Below, piece after piece: positions 1 to 13,500 of a stretch of 64,000 nt of DNA. How positions within the stretch are numbered: the first letter of the stretch is position 1; each line of letters begins with the position of its first letter. The notes below the pieces were generated by a model. It did no database searches, was not told where the DNA came from, and saw nothing but the letters and a program-made list of their open reading frames with translations. A program made the translations under genes and the position numbers. The DNA comes from Hormiphora californensis. Its lineage: Eukaryota > Animalia > Ctenophora. The stretch lies in NCBI GenBank assembly GCA_020137815.1, contig CM035359.1:1674001-1738000 (forward strand), read 5' to 3'.

Positions 1-32
1 CGTAGGTGTGGTCCCCTGAAATCGTCAACAAC
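1..32 (-). CDS. MAP4K3: MAP4K CNH exon, partial at window edge
   Basis: ttccag|(W)[10 protein letters not shown] continues the phase-2 junction from the 3629 exon. Confidence 0.7.
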
Positions 33-44
33 CTGGAAGCAATG

Positions 45-106
<62 letters not shown>

Positions 107-1285
107 GAGAGAGAGAAGAGAGCGAGCGACTCTACTTCCTCTCGCTCCCCCTCTGCTCTCGCTCTCTTTCTCGCCTCTACTCTCTCTCCGTCTCTATCTC
201 CGTTATCTCTCTCTCATCTCTCTTTCTCTCTCTCCTCTCTCTCTCGTCCTCTCTTTCTCTCCTCTCCCTCTCTTCTCTCTTCTCCCTCTCCCCCATCCCT
301 CCTCGCCTCACCGGACCTCCCCCTTCACCCGTGTTTTCTATTTTCCTCTACCTTCCCGCACCACCCCTGCGTTGCTACCCGTCCCCCCCTAAAAAGTAAA
401 CACCACTCAAACTTGTTTATTTAGTCACGTTACTGGCTTATCCAGCCAATCAGGGAACCAGTTTTTCCTGATGTCGGTTCGGTTTCTGGAGGTTCGACAT
501 ACATGTTTCCAACATGGTGTTTCACAACTGTTTTGTTGAGTAACCGGAAGTGAAGTACAAATTTGAATCATAGCACACTTTTCTTCTCCTTCTCACACTT
601 TCTCCTTGAATTCCCTTAATTACTCCCTTTCTCACTTCTCTTCTCTCTCTCTCCTTCTCTCTATATAACGACTTCTCATTATTTCCTCTACTTTTCTCAT
701 TTCTACGTGAGACAGCTAGGAGTGTAATCATTGTCACCATCACTATGACTCACATTATGTCACGGGCTGGGCTCCGAGAATTAGAACAGCGGCGTAAGAC
801 TAAAGGGTGGGTCAGAAGGAGAGAGATAAAAAAAAACAAAACCACAATGCCCATGGACCCATTAACACAAACTGCAACCCATACAAAACTGACAAAACAC
901 ACGATACAAAACTGACAAAACAAACATGTATACACACTAACCAATTATGTTTGTCGTACACACTCAGCCATGTGACCTCGTTTTGTTCTCAGAATCACCA
1001 TACGGATCGCCTTGGTCGCTATATTCCAGAGTATATAACTTGTTCAGAGCCAGAAGCAACGTATACTATTCCTCCTTTGAGGGGTGGTCCATACCTGGGG
1101 GGTAGATAGTTTTCGGAGCTATACTTGTTACCCACAATGCCGGATTTTGTCATGTGAATTGCTCCATTGTCTCTCCTCGGAATATAAAATGTCAAAATAT
1201 AACACCTCGGTCGCGACTAATAGTTTGTCATCTATAAGTGAGACCACTTTTTCATTGATGTTTACTTGTTTTTGAAACATTAGGG
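1..1285. repeat. Error-laden direct copy of about 2420-3985, including a frameshifted copy of the CNH exon at 942-1094
   Basis: About 410-1285 aligns to 3145-3985 with scattered indels; 1-60 resembles corrupted 2415-2480. Confidence 0.85.
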
Positions 1286-1671
1286 GTATGTGGTGTGAGG
1301 TCCCGTCCCCCCCCCAAAAAGGATCCCCTCCCCCGTCCCAAAAAGTACCCTTCCCCCCACTTGCCCCAAAAATTTTAAAAAAATTATTTAAAAATTCCCG
1401 GGGGGGGTTTCCCCCAAATGGGGCATAGGGTAATTAGGGCCCCCATCAAGGGCTATTAAAAGGTTAAAAATTGTTTCTATAAAGTTTTAAAAACAAAAAA
1501 TTATGGCTAATAAAAACTAAATTTTTTCTTTTAAACCAAAAACCCCCTGATTTTTTTTCTTTTTTTCCCCCCTTTTTTTTTCTTCTCTTCTTTTCTTTTT
1601 TTTTCCCCTTTTTTTCTTTTTTTTCCCCCCTTTTTTCTTTTTCTTTATTTTCCCTTTTTTTCCCCCCCCCC

Positions 1672-1702
<31 letters not shown>

Positions 1703-4341
1703 AAATTTTGGGGGGGGGGGGGGGGGAAAGGTTTTTTTTTGCCCCCAAAAAAAGGGGGGGGGGTTTTTTTAAAAAAAAAAAACCCACAGTCTATGGGTCC
1801 GGCTTTTTATTTTTCAAAAAAGGGAAATTTGGGGGGGGGGGAAAGGTGTTTAAATTTTTAAACGAAAGATTTATTGGGGGGATTTTTTCCTATTTTTTTA
1901 ATTTTAAATTCAAAAATTTTTTTTTTTAAACAAATTAAACCCCCCCCCCCAAATTTTAAAAAATTTTAAATCCCCCCTTAAGGAATTTTGTCCCAATTTT
2001 TTTTTCCCCCTTTCCCCCAAAAGGAAAGGGGGAAAACCCCAAAACCCTTTGAAAAAAACGGGGGTTTTTTGGGGGGGAAAAAAAAAAAATCAAAAAAAAA
2101 AAAAAGGGGGGGGAATATCGAGCGACTTTCAAAAGGGTTTGGGGAAAATGTAGACGTTCTACTTACAACTCACGGCTTTTTTTCACGCCCCTGGTTTCTT
2201 CCCCTGGTTTGCCTAAACTTTTTTTTGACACCTGGAAAAATATTTTAAAAAAAGGGGGGAGAGAGAGAAAAAAAAAAAAGCGAAAAATTCCCCGAAAAAA
2301 TATAATATTTAAAAGAAAGAAATAAGCAGGGAAAGGGGGGCTAAAATAAAAAAAAAAAAAAAAAAGGGGCTTCCTTTTTTTCCCCCCCCTTTGGAAAAAA
2401 AAAAGGGTTTTTGGGGGGTAGACGAGGTTTTCCCCTAAAAACGTCAAAAACCTGGAAAGAAATAAAAGGGGAGAGAAGAGGAGAAGAGAGAGAAGAGAGA
2501 GAGAAAGGGGAAGAGAGAGAGAAAGAGAGAAAGAGAAAGAAAAAAGCGGGAAAAAGCAAAAAAAAATTTAAAGAAAAAAAAAAAGGGGGGGGGAAAAAAA
2601 AAGGGGTTTTTTGGCCCCCCCCCCCCCTTTTTTTTTTTCCCCCCCAAAAAAAAATTTTTTTACCCAAAAAAAAAAAATTTTTTTTTTTCCCCCCCCCGAA
2701 AAACCCCCAAATTTTTTTTTGGCCCGGCGGTTTCGCCCTCAGGGGAAAATTCCTGATTGGTGGGTTTTTTCCAAAAAATTAAAAATTTTTAAATTTTTGA
2801 AACCAAAAAATTTCCCCAACTTTTTTCCTTTTCTTCCCCCCCCCCCTTTTTTTTCCTCCCCTTTTTCCCCTTTCCTTCTTTTTCTTTCTCTTTTCCTTTC
2901 CTGGGTTTTTCCCTCCCTTTCCCCTTTGTCCGGGCCGGTTTTCCCGGGTTTTAAAAATTGTGGGGAAATCCCCCCCCGGGGGGGTTCTGCCCCCTCCCCG
3001 CCCCTAAAAAAAACCCTGTTCCCTCCTTTTTTTTTGAAAAGCCTTTCTGTTTTTTTGTAGTCCCCGTGGATGTTTTCCCCCCTTTTCCTCCTCTCCTACT
3101 CCTTCCCGGTTCACTTCCCCCCCTTTTCCGCAAAAACCCACTCCTTGTTATTTAGGTCACGTGACTGGTTATCAGCCAATCAGGGACCAGTATTTCCTGA
3201 TTCGGTCGGTTTCTGGAGTCGACATACATGTCCCAAACATGGGTGTTTCACAACTGTTTGTTGAGTATACCGGAAGTGAAGTACAAATTTGAATCATACA
3301 CTTTTCTCCCTTGAATTCAATAATTCTCCCTTTCTCACTTCTTCTTCTCTCTCTCTCCTTCTCTCTATATAACACTTCTCATTATGTCACTACTTTTCTC
3401 ATTTCTACGTGAGACAGCTAGGAGTGTAATCATTACACCTCACTATGACTCACATTATGTCACTGGGCTCGAGTAATAGAAAAGCGGAGTAAAGACTAAA
3501 GGGTGGTAAGAAGGAGAGAGATAAAAAACAAAACCACATGCCCATGACCCATGTACAAACTGCAACACATACAAAACTGACAAAACACACATACAAAACT
3601 GACAAAACAAACATGTATACACACTAACCAATTATGTTTGTCGTACACACTCAGCCATGTGACTCGTTTTGTGCTCAGAATCACCATAGTAGGATCGTCC
3701 TTGGTCGCTAGATTCAGAGTATATAAACCTTGTTCAGAGCCCAGAAGCACGTACGATTCCTCCTTTGAGGGGTGGGTCCATACCTGGGGGTGGTAGATAG
3801 GTTTTAGAGCTATATTGTTACCGGATTTTGTAATTTGAATTGCTCCATTGTCTCTCCTCGGATATAAAATGTCAAATAGAACACCTCGGATCGCGACTAA
3901 TAGTTTGTCATATATAAAGTGAGACACACAGTATTTTATTGATGGTGTACTTGTTTTGAACGATTAGTGGTGTGTGGTGTGATGCCATGAGCCCTGAGGG
4001 CCAGATGGGGGCGCTTCTAATGATGCTAAAGGAGGGCCTCTTCAAGAGGATCTAAACAACTCTTTGTGATATAAAGTACTGCAAGAGGGTAACATCTTAA
4101 CAATTCCCCTAGTTTATTGAAACCTACCCCTGCACAGTTGTGAGACAATCCCCCTAGTTTATTGAAACCTACCCCTGCACAGTTGATGTTGAGAGGACAA
4201 CCACTGAATATCTTAGTAAAGAATCGGGTACGAGGAGTAGCTGGTGAGGGACCCTTGATTGAGGGGCCACGGGGCGGTAACGGGGGAGGGGCAACTGCTC
4301 CTGATCCTGCTGGCTCTGACGCTGCTAGGGAGGGTTAGTAG

Positions 4342-4422
<81 letters not shown>

Positions 4423-4431
4423 CAGAGAGAC

Positions 4432-4514
<83 letters not shown>

Positions 4515-4550
4515 AGAGATAGAGAGAGAGAGAGAGAGAGAAAGATATAG

Positions 4551-4598
<48 letters not shown>

Positions 4599-7500
4599 GA
4601 GACAGAGAGAGAGAGAGACAGAGACAGAGACAGGAAGAGAGGGGTGAAGATGAACAACATACAGCCATTAAAAACCTACTTGATGCGGGTCTGCGAGGAG
4701 GAAGTGGTACGGGTGGTCGCCCTCCATCTCGTGGAGGTCTGGAAGGAACACTTTTCAGAGTCCCATCGTCCTCTGAGGAGGCGGGCTGGTGCTGGTGAGG
4801 GTGCTGGTGTTGTTCTTCGTACTGTCCCGTTGTTATCACTATCCCCACTGTCATTATCAAACTCTTCTTCTGAACAGGATAGACACAACGGAGAGAGTTC
4901 ATCATCATCATCGTTATTGTCTGTGTGTTTTTGTCGGTCAGTCAGAGATGAGAGAGAGGGAGGGAGAGGGAGAGAGAGAGAGAGTGAGAGAGAGAGAGAG
5001 AGAGAGATAGAGAGAGAGAAAGAGAGTCTGTGTGTTTGTCGGTCAGTCAGTGGGTGTGTGTGAACAAGTTATGTGAGTAGTTTAGTCGGTCAAATAGCTC
5101 AGTGATTAATTTGATTTTTGAGCATTCTTTTACAGTTAGTCAGAATTAAGATTTCTTAAAAGTGAGATCGACATCAAAAGTGAGATCGTTACGTTAACTA
5201 GTGCGAGAGATAACTTACCTTGTCGAGGTGCGGGAGGTGGGGGCATGTCCATGACTGAGTGCCATGGGTCATCGTATATGTTATTATCCTCTGTAGCAGC
5301 CTGGGGTAGACCCCCCTTAGCAGCAGCAACTTGGGGAGAGCTGGTTGTTCGTGGTGGTGGTTGTGGGATGGGGACATCGGCTGAAATAATGGTTTAATTG
5401 GTCAATTAACTAATTAATGGGGTATGCATTAATTTATGAGATCTGCATATATATAATTGAGAATATTACAGATACTTCCCTGACCTTCACTAGACCAATG
5501 TTTTAGAAATGGTAACTTAACTTACCAGGAACCGACCGAAACAAGTAAACAATCAATCAGAACTCTTTATTTAGGTCACGTGACTGCCGACTGGTTATCA
5601 GCCAATCAGGGACCAGTATTTCCTGATTCGGTCGGTTCCTGTAACTTACCAATACTGTCAGGTCTGTCTCGGGGACTTCGGGCAGGTTTGTCCCTTCGAA
5701 CTTGTTTTCGGCTTGCTATTCTCTTTGGTGCGGCAGGTCGGGCTGGTTCGGGTGCTACCGGTTCAGGGTCCTGCTCTGGCTGCTCTGGCTCAACCTGGGA
5801 TTATACATTTCGAGATTAGAGGTGTTACAGAGATTAGAGGTGTTACAGAGATAAGAGGTTCTACAGGGTTTTGATGTGTTACAGAATTTTGAGGTGTGAG
5901 AAAGAAATGTGTGTGTGGGGAATGAGTCGTTTAAACTTAATTCCTTCTGTGGTGGCAATGTCATGGCCCTGGCGTGTTATTTTCCTTATTATGTGTTAGT
6001 TTACCTGGGCCTGTGTTCCGGGGATGAGACATTGCAGGGTATCATTCACCAAGAACTGTGACACAAACGGGTGCTGCAAAGATAATGGGTTAACGGATAT
6101 AATTCATTTGGTTTGTTAGTCCACACATCCAGCATGTATTGATGAAAAAGAGAGATGGCGCTCCGAACCAACACTTACATATAGTAGCTTCTCCGAGGTA
6201 GGCCGTCTCCGTGGATTCTTTACCAAACAGTCTTTTAGGAAACTGTGAAACTTCTGGGTCCTAGTGATAAAGTAGGGTTATAATAATGGATAATACACAT
6301 AACTTGCGTTGTTGCTCTACATTTTGTCACACTTTCTGAGCTCCTGCCCACACCCCCCTTTGAGGACGCTTCACCACCCTATTTTGTCCCCCAACTAATT
6401 CAACATGCCTGGCCTAGTAAGAGGAACTGATCCCGAGTTATTAAAGAAAATTCTTGACGCCGAGAATGATGAGATTGCCAGTAAACTTGCCAAGTCTTAT
6501 TCAGATAAGCCCCCAGCGACCCATGTTGCTCAGATCGCCATGATGTTCCGGGTTGTGATGGAGAAGATTACCTCCCAGTTGACTGATCTGAAGGAGGAGA
6601 ACAACTCACTGAAAGCTGAGAAGTCTACCCTCGAAGAGAAGACTAAATCTCTCGAGAGCAAGTGTGTGGATCTAGAGGAACGTCTCATCCGGAGTGAGGC
6701 CTACGCCGGCCGTGCAACCAGCATTTTTACCGGCATTGTGGAGAAACCTGGTGAGAACATCACCCAAGTGGTTGCAGACGAGGTCAAGCGAGTCATCCCC
6801 GGGTTCTCCGCTGCTGACATCTCCATCGCTCACCGCAACAAGGCCGCCCCAACCTCCAACAACGGCAACAAAAAGCCCAGGACAGTAACTGTTGTTTTCA
6901 AAAGTGTTGCCCACAAAGACAGTGTCTCGGACTTTACTAAAATGAAACCACTGAGAGACAGAAAGTTAGGAGTGTTTCACTATGCCCCTGCTTCTGTGAG
7001 AGAGAGGAAGAAAGAGCTAGAGGACCGTACAGACGTTGAACGGGTCTATTATGACGGACCGAACAAACTCTTTTCTGTTAAGTTAAAAACTGGTGTATTT
7101 GTGAGACGAGTACTAACAGCAGAGCAGATAGATAAACAGACAGTGAACAATAATTCCTAATTTATCAGTTCTTTGCATTTTTCTCTTCCCTGTAGTTTCA
7201 TATATGCAAGAGAGAGCAGCTGTTCCCCCCTTAGGCATGGTGCACCCTTTTTACTTCCCTACTTCCATATTGGGAGAGCTATAATCATTCCATATTAGGA
7301 GAGCTTTAATCATTCCTTATTTGGAAGAGCTATCTTACCAGATTGGGTGAGCTATATTTGGTGCATGCAGTATTATGATTTTGAGTGAGTGAGAGAGCGG
7401 GAGAGAATTTTTGCGTGCTATCCACTATATTTTCCATTGTTTTACTCGAGTCATCTAACTCCTTTACCCCCCTCCCCCAGTTACCCAGTTTCCCCATTTC

Positions 7501-10500
7501 TGTTTTCTCAGATGTTTTATAGATTTCCTCTTACCCCGGCCAGGCCATACCCTAACCTGCCAATATGTTCCCAAAGATATAGAGAGTGTATTGGAAAGTT
7601 TAATACTAATAGATATCAGCGCCAAGGAGGGGGATGCCGTGTGGAGGATGGGGGTGACCTGTCAGCACTGGTATGTGGTTTTGCAATTGGAACATTCATT
7701 CATTTTTTCACTCTCACCCTTGTTGTTTTTCACCATATATCTGCTCACAGTTCACAATCAGTCGATATTGATCAGATTAGTTTCCTTGACCAGAGCAGTG
7801 ACTATGTTACGGTTGATAAGTACCTCAGTTTGTCGGTTGTAAGTGCTATAAATGTTATATTTTTAGGTTGTAGTCTGTCGTCCTGTAGAGTAGTTGTATT
7901 GTCTGTTTTGTACGCTCTTAATTTCTCTTTGATTTTTATCGCCAATCCCTCTATCTCTAATCCTGGGCCCAAGGATTACAGTGTTATATACAACAATGTT
8001 CATGGGCTTGTGCATTCCTCCAGTCTGGGTTCTGCTTCACCTGAGTTGAACAGACTCAAGTTGGGAGACATGCATGGGTACATTTATGACCACAAACCTG
8101 CGATTATTATTTTGAACGAGACCTGGCTCAAGCCTACTATTAGTTCTGTCTCTGTTCTTCCTAATAATTACAGGACGTATCGTCTCGATCGGTCAGGCAA
8201 GTCGCACCCTTTTGACCCTTCCCAGCCTCTCAGATTTAGAAGTAATGGAGGTGGTGTCTTGATTGCCCATCGGGATGATATTAGTATCTCTAGTCACCAG
8301 TTCTGTAAGTTTAGTACTCAGGCTGAGTTGTTAAGTGTGTTTGTCAAGCTGAATAATGTCAGTGTGTGTCTCAGTACTTTTTATAGAGTTGGGACTCTCT
8401 CTCACGAGAATTTATGTAATGTTCGTGACTATTTACATAACCTTGTCAAGTCTAAGGGGTTCAAGCGCCATATTCTAATCGGTGATTTGAATTTTCCTAC
8501 AATCGATTGGCCCAGTGGTGCTACCCCTAACTCTCTTGAGCGTGATTTTGTTGATCTTTTATGTGGTGATTTGGGACACTCACAGCTCATACACGCTCCT
8601 ACTCACTCACAGGGCAATACCCTAGATCTGTTATTTACTAACTGTCCTGAGATCGTCAGAGATCTAGCTGTGATGGAGAAGGACACACTGTGTGTATCTG
8701 ATCACTATGGTGTGTCCTTCTCCATCTCAGCGGGGTACAGAACCAGTAAGGGCAAAGCTAGAACCTGTTTTGATTTTAATAAGGCCGATTGGTTGGGTCT
8801 AAATGTTGCTCTAGCCCGAGTTGACTGGGATAGTATTATTGTGAGTAATGCTAACTGTGCTTGGAAGAAGTTGTGTGGTAGCCTTTTCGAGTGTGTTGAG
8901 AAGTACATTCCCATGAGACGTCTCAGGGGTTCCTTTGAACCTCTCTGGTATGATCGTGACTGTAAAAAGGCACGGCGTATCAAGGAGGATCTTAGGAAAA
9001 AGTATGTGTCAAACCCCACCCCACCCACGAGAGAGAGGTACACCACTGCGAGAAAGGACTTCAAGAATCTGATTATTCAGAAAATGAACAGCTTTTTCGG
9101 AGTGAACGATTCTAACTCAATCACCAAGAGATTCTGGTCACATATCAAGTCATCTAGTAAGTGTGATAGGATCCCACCCACTGTTTATCGTAATGATGTC
9201 ACTCGCACTGACCCTAGTGCCAAGGCATCATTATTCAATGCACATTTTGCGAGTCAATTCACAGAACCGAGTTTGTACAATATTGACGTTGACCTGTCCC
9301 GTAAAGAGTTTGATTGTTATTTCTCTTGTTCTGAAGTGTATAGTGCGCTGTGCAATATTGATGTGTCTAAGTCATGTGGGCCCGATGGGATTCATGGCAG
9401 GATTCTGAAGAACTGTGCGGGTAGCCTATCCTACCCAATCTGGTTGCTTCTTAATCTCTCTATGTCTACTGGCGTGGTCCCTGACGACTGGAAGCTAGCT
9501 TCCATTGTACCTATACACAAAAAAGGGGACAGTAAGGATGTTGCCAACTACAGACCGATTTCGCTTCTGTCTCTAGTGGGGAAGATCATGGAGGTGTTAG
9601 TTAAGAATAGAATTATGAGTCATTGTGGTTCCATGATTGACCCTAGGCAGCATGGGTTTGTGGAGGGGAGATCTTGCTGTACTCAGCTCCTCCCTTTCAC
9701 ACACTCTCTTGCTTCTAACCTTAATCACTCAGACTGTGTGCGTACTGATGTTGTATATTTTGATTTTAAACGTGCATTCGATTCTTGTAATCATGACATC
9801 ATTCTGAACAAGCTGAAAATCAAATTCGGTTTGGATGGGATGTTGCTTAGATTTATCAAGAACTACCTGAGAGATCGTAGACAGAAGGTTGTTATTGATG
9901 GTGAGTCATCTGAGGAGTTACCTGTCATCTCGGGTGTTCCCCAGGGGTCCATTCTTGGCCCTGTTCTTTTCACGATTTTTATTAATGACATTTTTGATGA
10001 AGTCACCGAGGGTACCCATATTTCTCTGTATGCCGACGACACCAAAATTTGGAGGGAGATTGGGTACTGGAGTGATCACCTGTCGCTTCAGCGCTCAATC
10101 TCTAACCTATACTCTTGGTCAGTCAGGAACAAGATGTGTTTTCACCCACAAAAGTGTAAAGTGTTGAGTGTCTCACACACCGGGGCTCACCAACGCCCCA
10201 TCCCTCTCCCGTTCTGTGAATTTTTCTACACCCTCAACTCTGTGTTTATTGATTATGTTACCAAACAGCTAGATTTGGGTATATTTGTTACCAGTAACTT
10301 GAATTGGAGTTCTCACTGCGAGTATATTAACACCAGTATGATCTCCAAGTTCAATTTGTTGCGTAGGACGTGCTATTTTCTTAACAACAGTGCCAACAAG
10401 AGATCTCTTTACCTGACCATGGTGCGTTCTCTAATTGTAAATTGAGCACTGTAGTCCTATCTGGTGTAACATCGGTAGGACCCAGTTGCTTTCTCTTGAG

Positions 10501-13500
10501 AAATTGCAGAAGAGAGTTGTCAAATGGATCAGAAATGAACCTATGGCATCATATAGCAATGTTCAATATGTGTTTTATCTCAAGGGTCTGAACATTCTTC
10601 CTTTCAAGGAACTCTTCTTGTATAATGACCTGCGGCTGTTTTACCAGATTGTCTATAATATGGTACAGATTGATATTCCTGATTCTATAAGGCCAGTTAA
10701 TGTTGCCGATCTTCGACCTACACGTCAAAATCGTGACATTATTGCTGGCTTAGATCGGACCACCCTTGTGGACACGAGTAACAGTCACAAGTGCTCCTCT
10801 ACTTTGCGCGATAGCTTCTTCCATAGGGTCACCAGGTCCTGGAATTTGCTACCGTACGAACTTCGACAGAGTGACACGTTGCCCATCTTCCTGACTGGGC
10901 TCAGGAGCTACCTTTTCAGTGATATTGATATCGACAATATTCTGTAATTATTCCATCACCTTCACCTTCTCACTTCATGAATGTTCCAATTGCTCACCGC
11001 TGCCACTGCTGCGGCCTGCGGGACGCCCCTCTCCCCGTGGCTCCCCCCTCTCTAACTGTTAATCTAGTCTAGCAGCAACAACGATATATTTTTAACTTAT
11101 TTACCTGTAAAACTTAGCTACATCTAGAGGGGCTTCTTAAGTGCGGGATTCCTGCGTGAAGCCCTCAGACGCACGGTGTGTGATATTATTTGATATTTAA
11201 AAATGCGAATTGTTTCCGTGATCGTTTGAAACTTCTTCCAATAAAAAAGTATGGGAAATGTTGAGGGCACTATTTTGTAAACCCCCCCCCCCCTGCTTTA
11301 TACTATTGACAACCCATCCCGGCCCCGGTGTACTCTGCCTCTTGGTATCCTCTAGCCTCTAGCGGAGCGCGGAGAGAGGATCTAACAAGTCGTACTCACC
11401 ATTTATTTTTCTGTTTTAGGCCGGGTGGTCGAAAGCTGCTCTTCGTCATGTGTCGGAGCATGCTCATTGGGTGCATTTCATAGAAGGGTGGCTGCATCTC
11501 CGCACATTCAATGGCCATGATACCTGATGGGAGGTGGGAGTGAGAGACAGAAAGATGGTGTACATTTCATTCGACCATAATTTTTTCAGAACACCGGGCA
11601 AAGCGACCAATATCCAATACAACCACCCAATTAAGCACAGTGGGTGAATCAATCGAGTATAATCTAATCGACCATTCCACAATTCCACTTCTGACCAACT
11701 CTCTTTTTTGTAGCTGCGGTATGAGAAAGTATACAACTCATTTTAAAATTGAAACATGAAAATATAACTGTACACTCATTAATTTCAATATTGCACCCCA
11801 ACTCTTTTCAGAAAACTAAACATATCGTTTCGATTGTAGGCGTTAACGGCTGCCAGGAGCATCGCATTCCTCATTCGTTGTCTCTTCCGTGGTTTCTCGT
11901 CTGAGTTGAGGATCCCGTGTTGCTGGAGCTGAAGAACCCGCATTTCCTTCCTGGCGTTGAATTGTCGAAGTTTGATTATCAGGGTCGCCAAAGTTGGCTT
12001 GGCTCCTCCAACAGCTTGATTCAGGGCATTGTTTGATCCTTCGCTCGGGTTGTTGGTTCGAGGTGTTCCTTCCAGGGTTGACAGGACAACATTCCAATTG
12101 GCAGGATGAGTATGGGACTGTCCTCTTATCCAAGTTCGCTCGTAGTAATCCAGGAATCGTTGAGATTCTGATGTTATAGTAGGGTAGTAGTTCAGTAGAT
12201 TGTTTTCAAGGATGTGGTAACCGTCCTCAACATCACCCAGAGGAAGAAAGGGGAGGGCGTAGAAACATCCCATAAGTTGAGATAGGTGGTCATCCTCTTT
12301 TATTCCAGGCAGCTTGTTGATTCTGTCCTTCAGCGCCTGACAATAATGGAAATGGCAGCCCTGGATGCGGGAATCAGGGTATACAGCCTGGATAGCGTTG
12401 TGTTCGGCAGCTTCAAAGTCCACAATAAATGTATCAGGGTCGAATTGTGGGCAGCGCCTATGCAGGAATTGTAGCACAGCCGTGTAGGAGATCTCCGTCT
12501 TGTTTTCCAGCAGGGCATACAGGACAGGGATGTTGACACCATGAACAGCAATCCTCACTATCCATTTCTGAGTGAAATTAGCTGGACTGGATTTGAATGT
12601 GCCATCCGCAAATGCGGTCGCCAGTGTTGGATCATTCACTGCACTCAAAACAGTGTCCGTACAGAAGATCAAAACTCGCTTTCCCTCAGAGGTGATGATA
12701 TCTTCTTGCAGGAAGGGTAGTCCATTGCCATCCACTTTGAGCTCGTTGGGAATCACCATGTCGGGAGCGTTTCCACTGAGTCTGGCTGCCTTGTGAACTT
12801 TCTGTCGTTTCCTTCGGATCTGCTGCTTTAGGTTCACTTCATTCGTTAATAGATTCTTCACAGACCATGGGACTGACTCAAGGGCTGCTCCGACAATGTT
12901 GGCAGGACTATCGAGGGATTTGGTGTTCTTGATCTGGTGGACCAGTTGGGATCGTTTCACCTCGTTGTAGGACTGATGGTGGAATTGATGGGGCGTGTTC
13001 AGTCGGATAAATTGGGAGTGGGGCTCTCGTCCAGTTGTCGTTATCCTCGCCTTGCAGTTGTACTTCAGACGATCCCTGCACTGCCAGTAGACATTCCCGC
13101 TCTTCAGTGTCCGGTCGTAGGTGTAGAGGAATCCATCATGGGCGACCTGTGTCCCGTTCCGTTTTCCTTCCAGGAATTCGAGCTCCGTAGGAGGTGGAGG
13201 TGGCGGATTGTCAGGACGTGCATCAATAACGGTTGAGTTGGCAATAGGGTTCGCCGTCGAGAAAGTAGAGTCCAATGTAGAAGCAGCTGGTATAACAAAG
13301 GAATCGTCACGGAATAGATGACTTGGGCAGATGTAGTCACTCAAGGAAGGAATAGGCGGGGATGAGACAGGCGTGTCCTCAAACAGTAACGTGGTGAAGA
13401 GAGAAGAGGTGCTGTTAGTAGTCATGATGACGATTTGGTATACTGATCAATTCGTAGTTAACTTTTATACGAAAACCATATCGACATCTCGTCAATTGTG

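Larger units (their letters stand above)
6305..11250 (+). mobile_element. Near full-length CR1/L2-group LINE, antisense in a MAP4K intron
   Basis: ORF1 plus ORF2 lie between exons 11400 and 6260; inter-ORF about 24-bp repeats (7262-7350); 3' stem-loop near 11126-11166; ends approximate. Confidence 0.8.

Noticed and set aside
1464-3155. Lys/Phe/Pro/Gly-rich ORFs
   Set aside because: Translations of homopolymer-corrupted sequence
4325-4660. SLSLSL/RERERE ORFs (also near 17.4 kb and 31.1-31.7 kb)
   Set aside because: Dinucleotide microsatellite translations
6307-11083. 10-bp inverted match cgttgttgct / agcaacaacg around the LINE
   Set aside because: Too short and no TSD; not accepted as terminal inverted repeats
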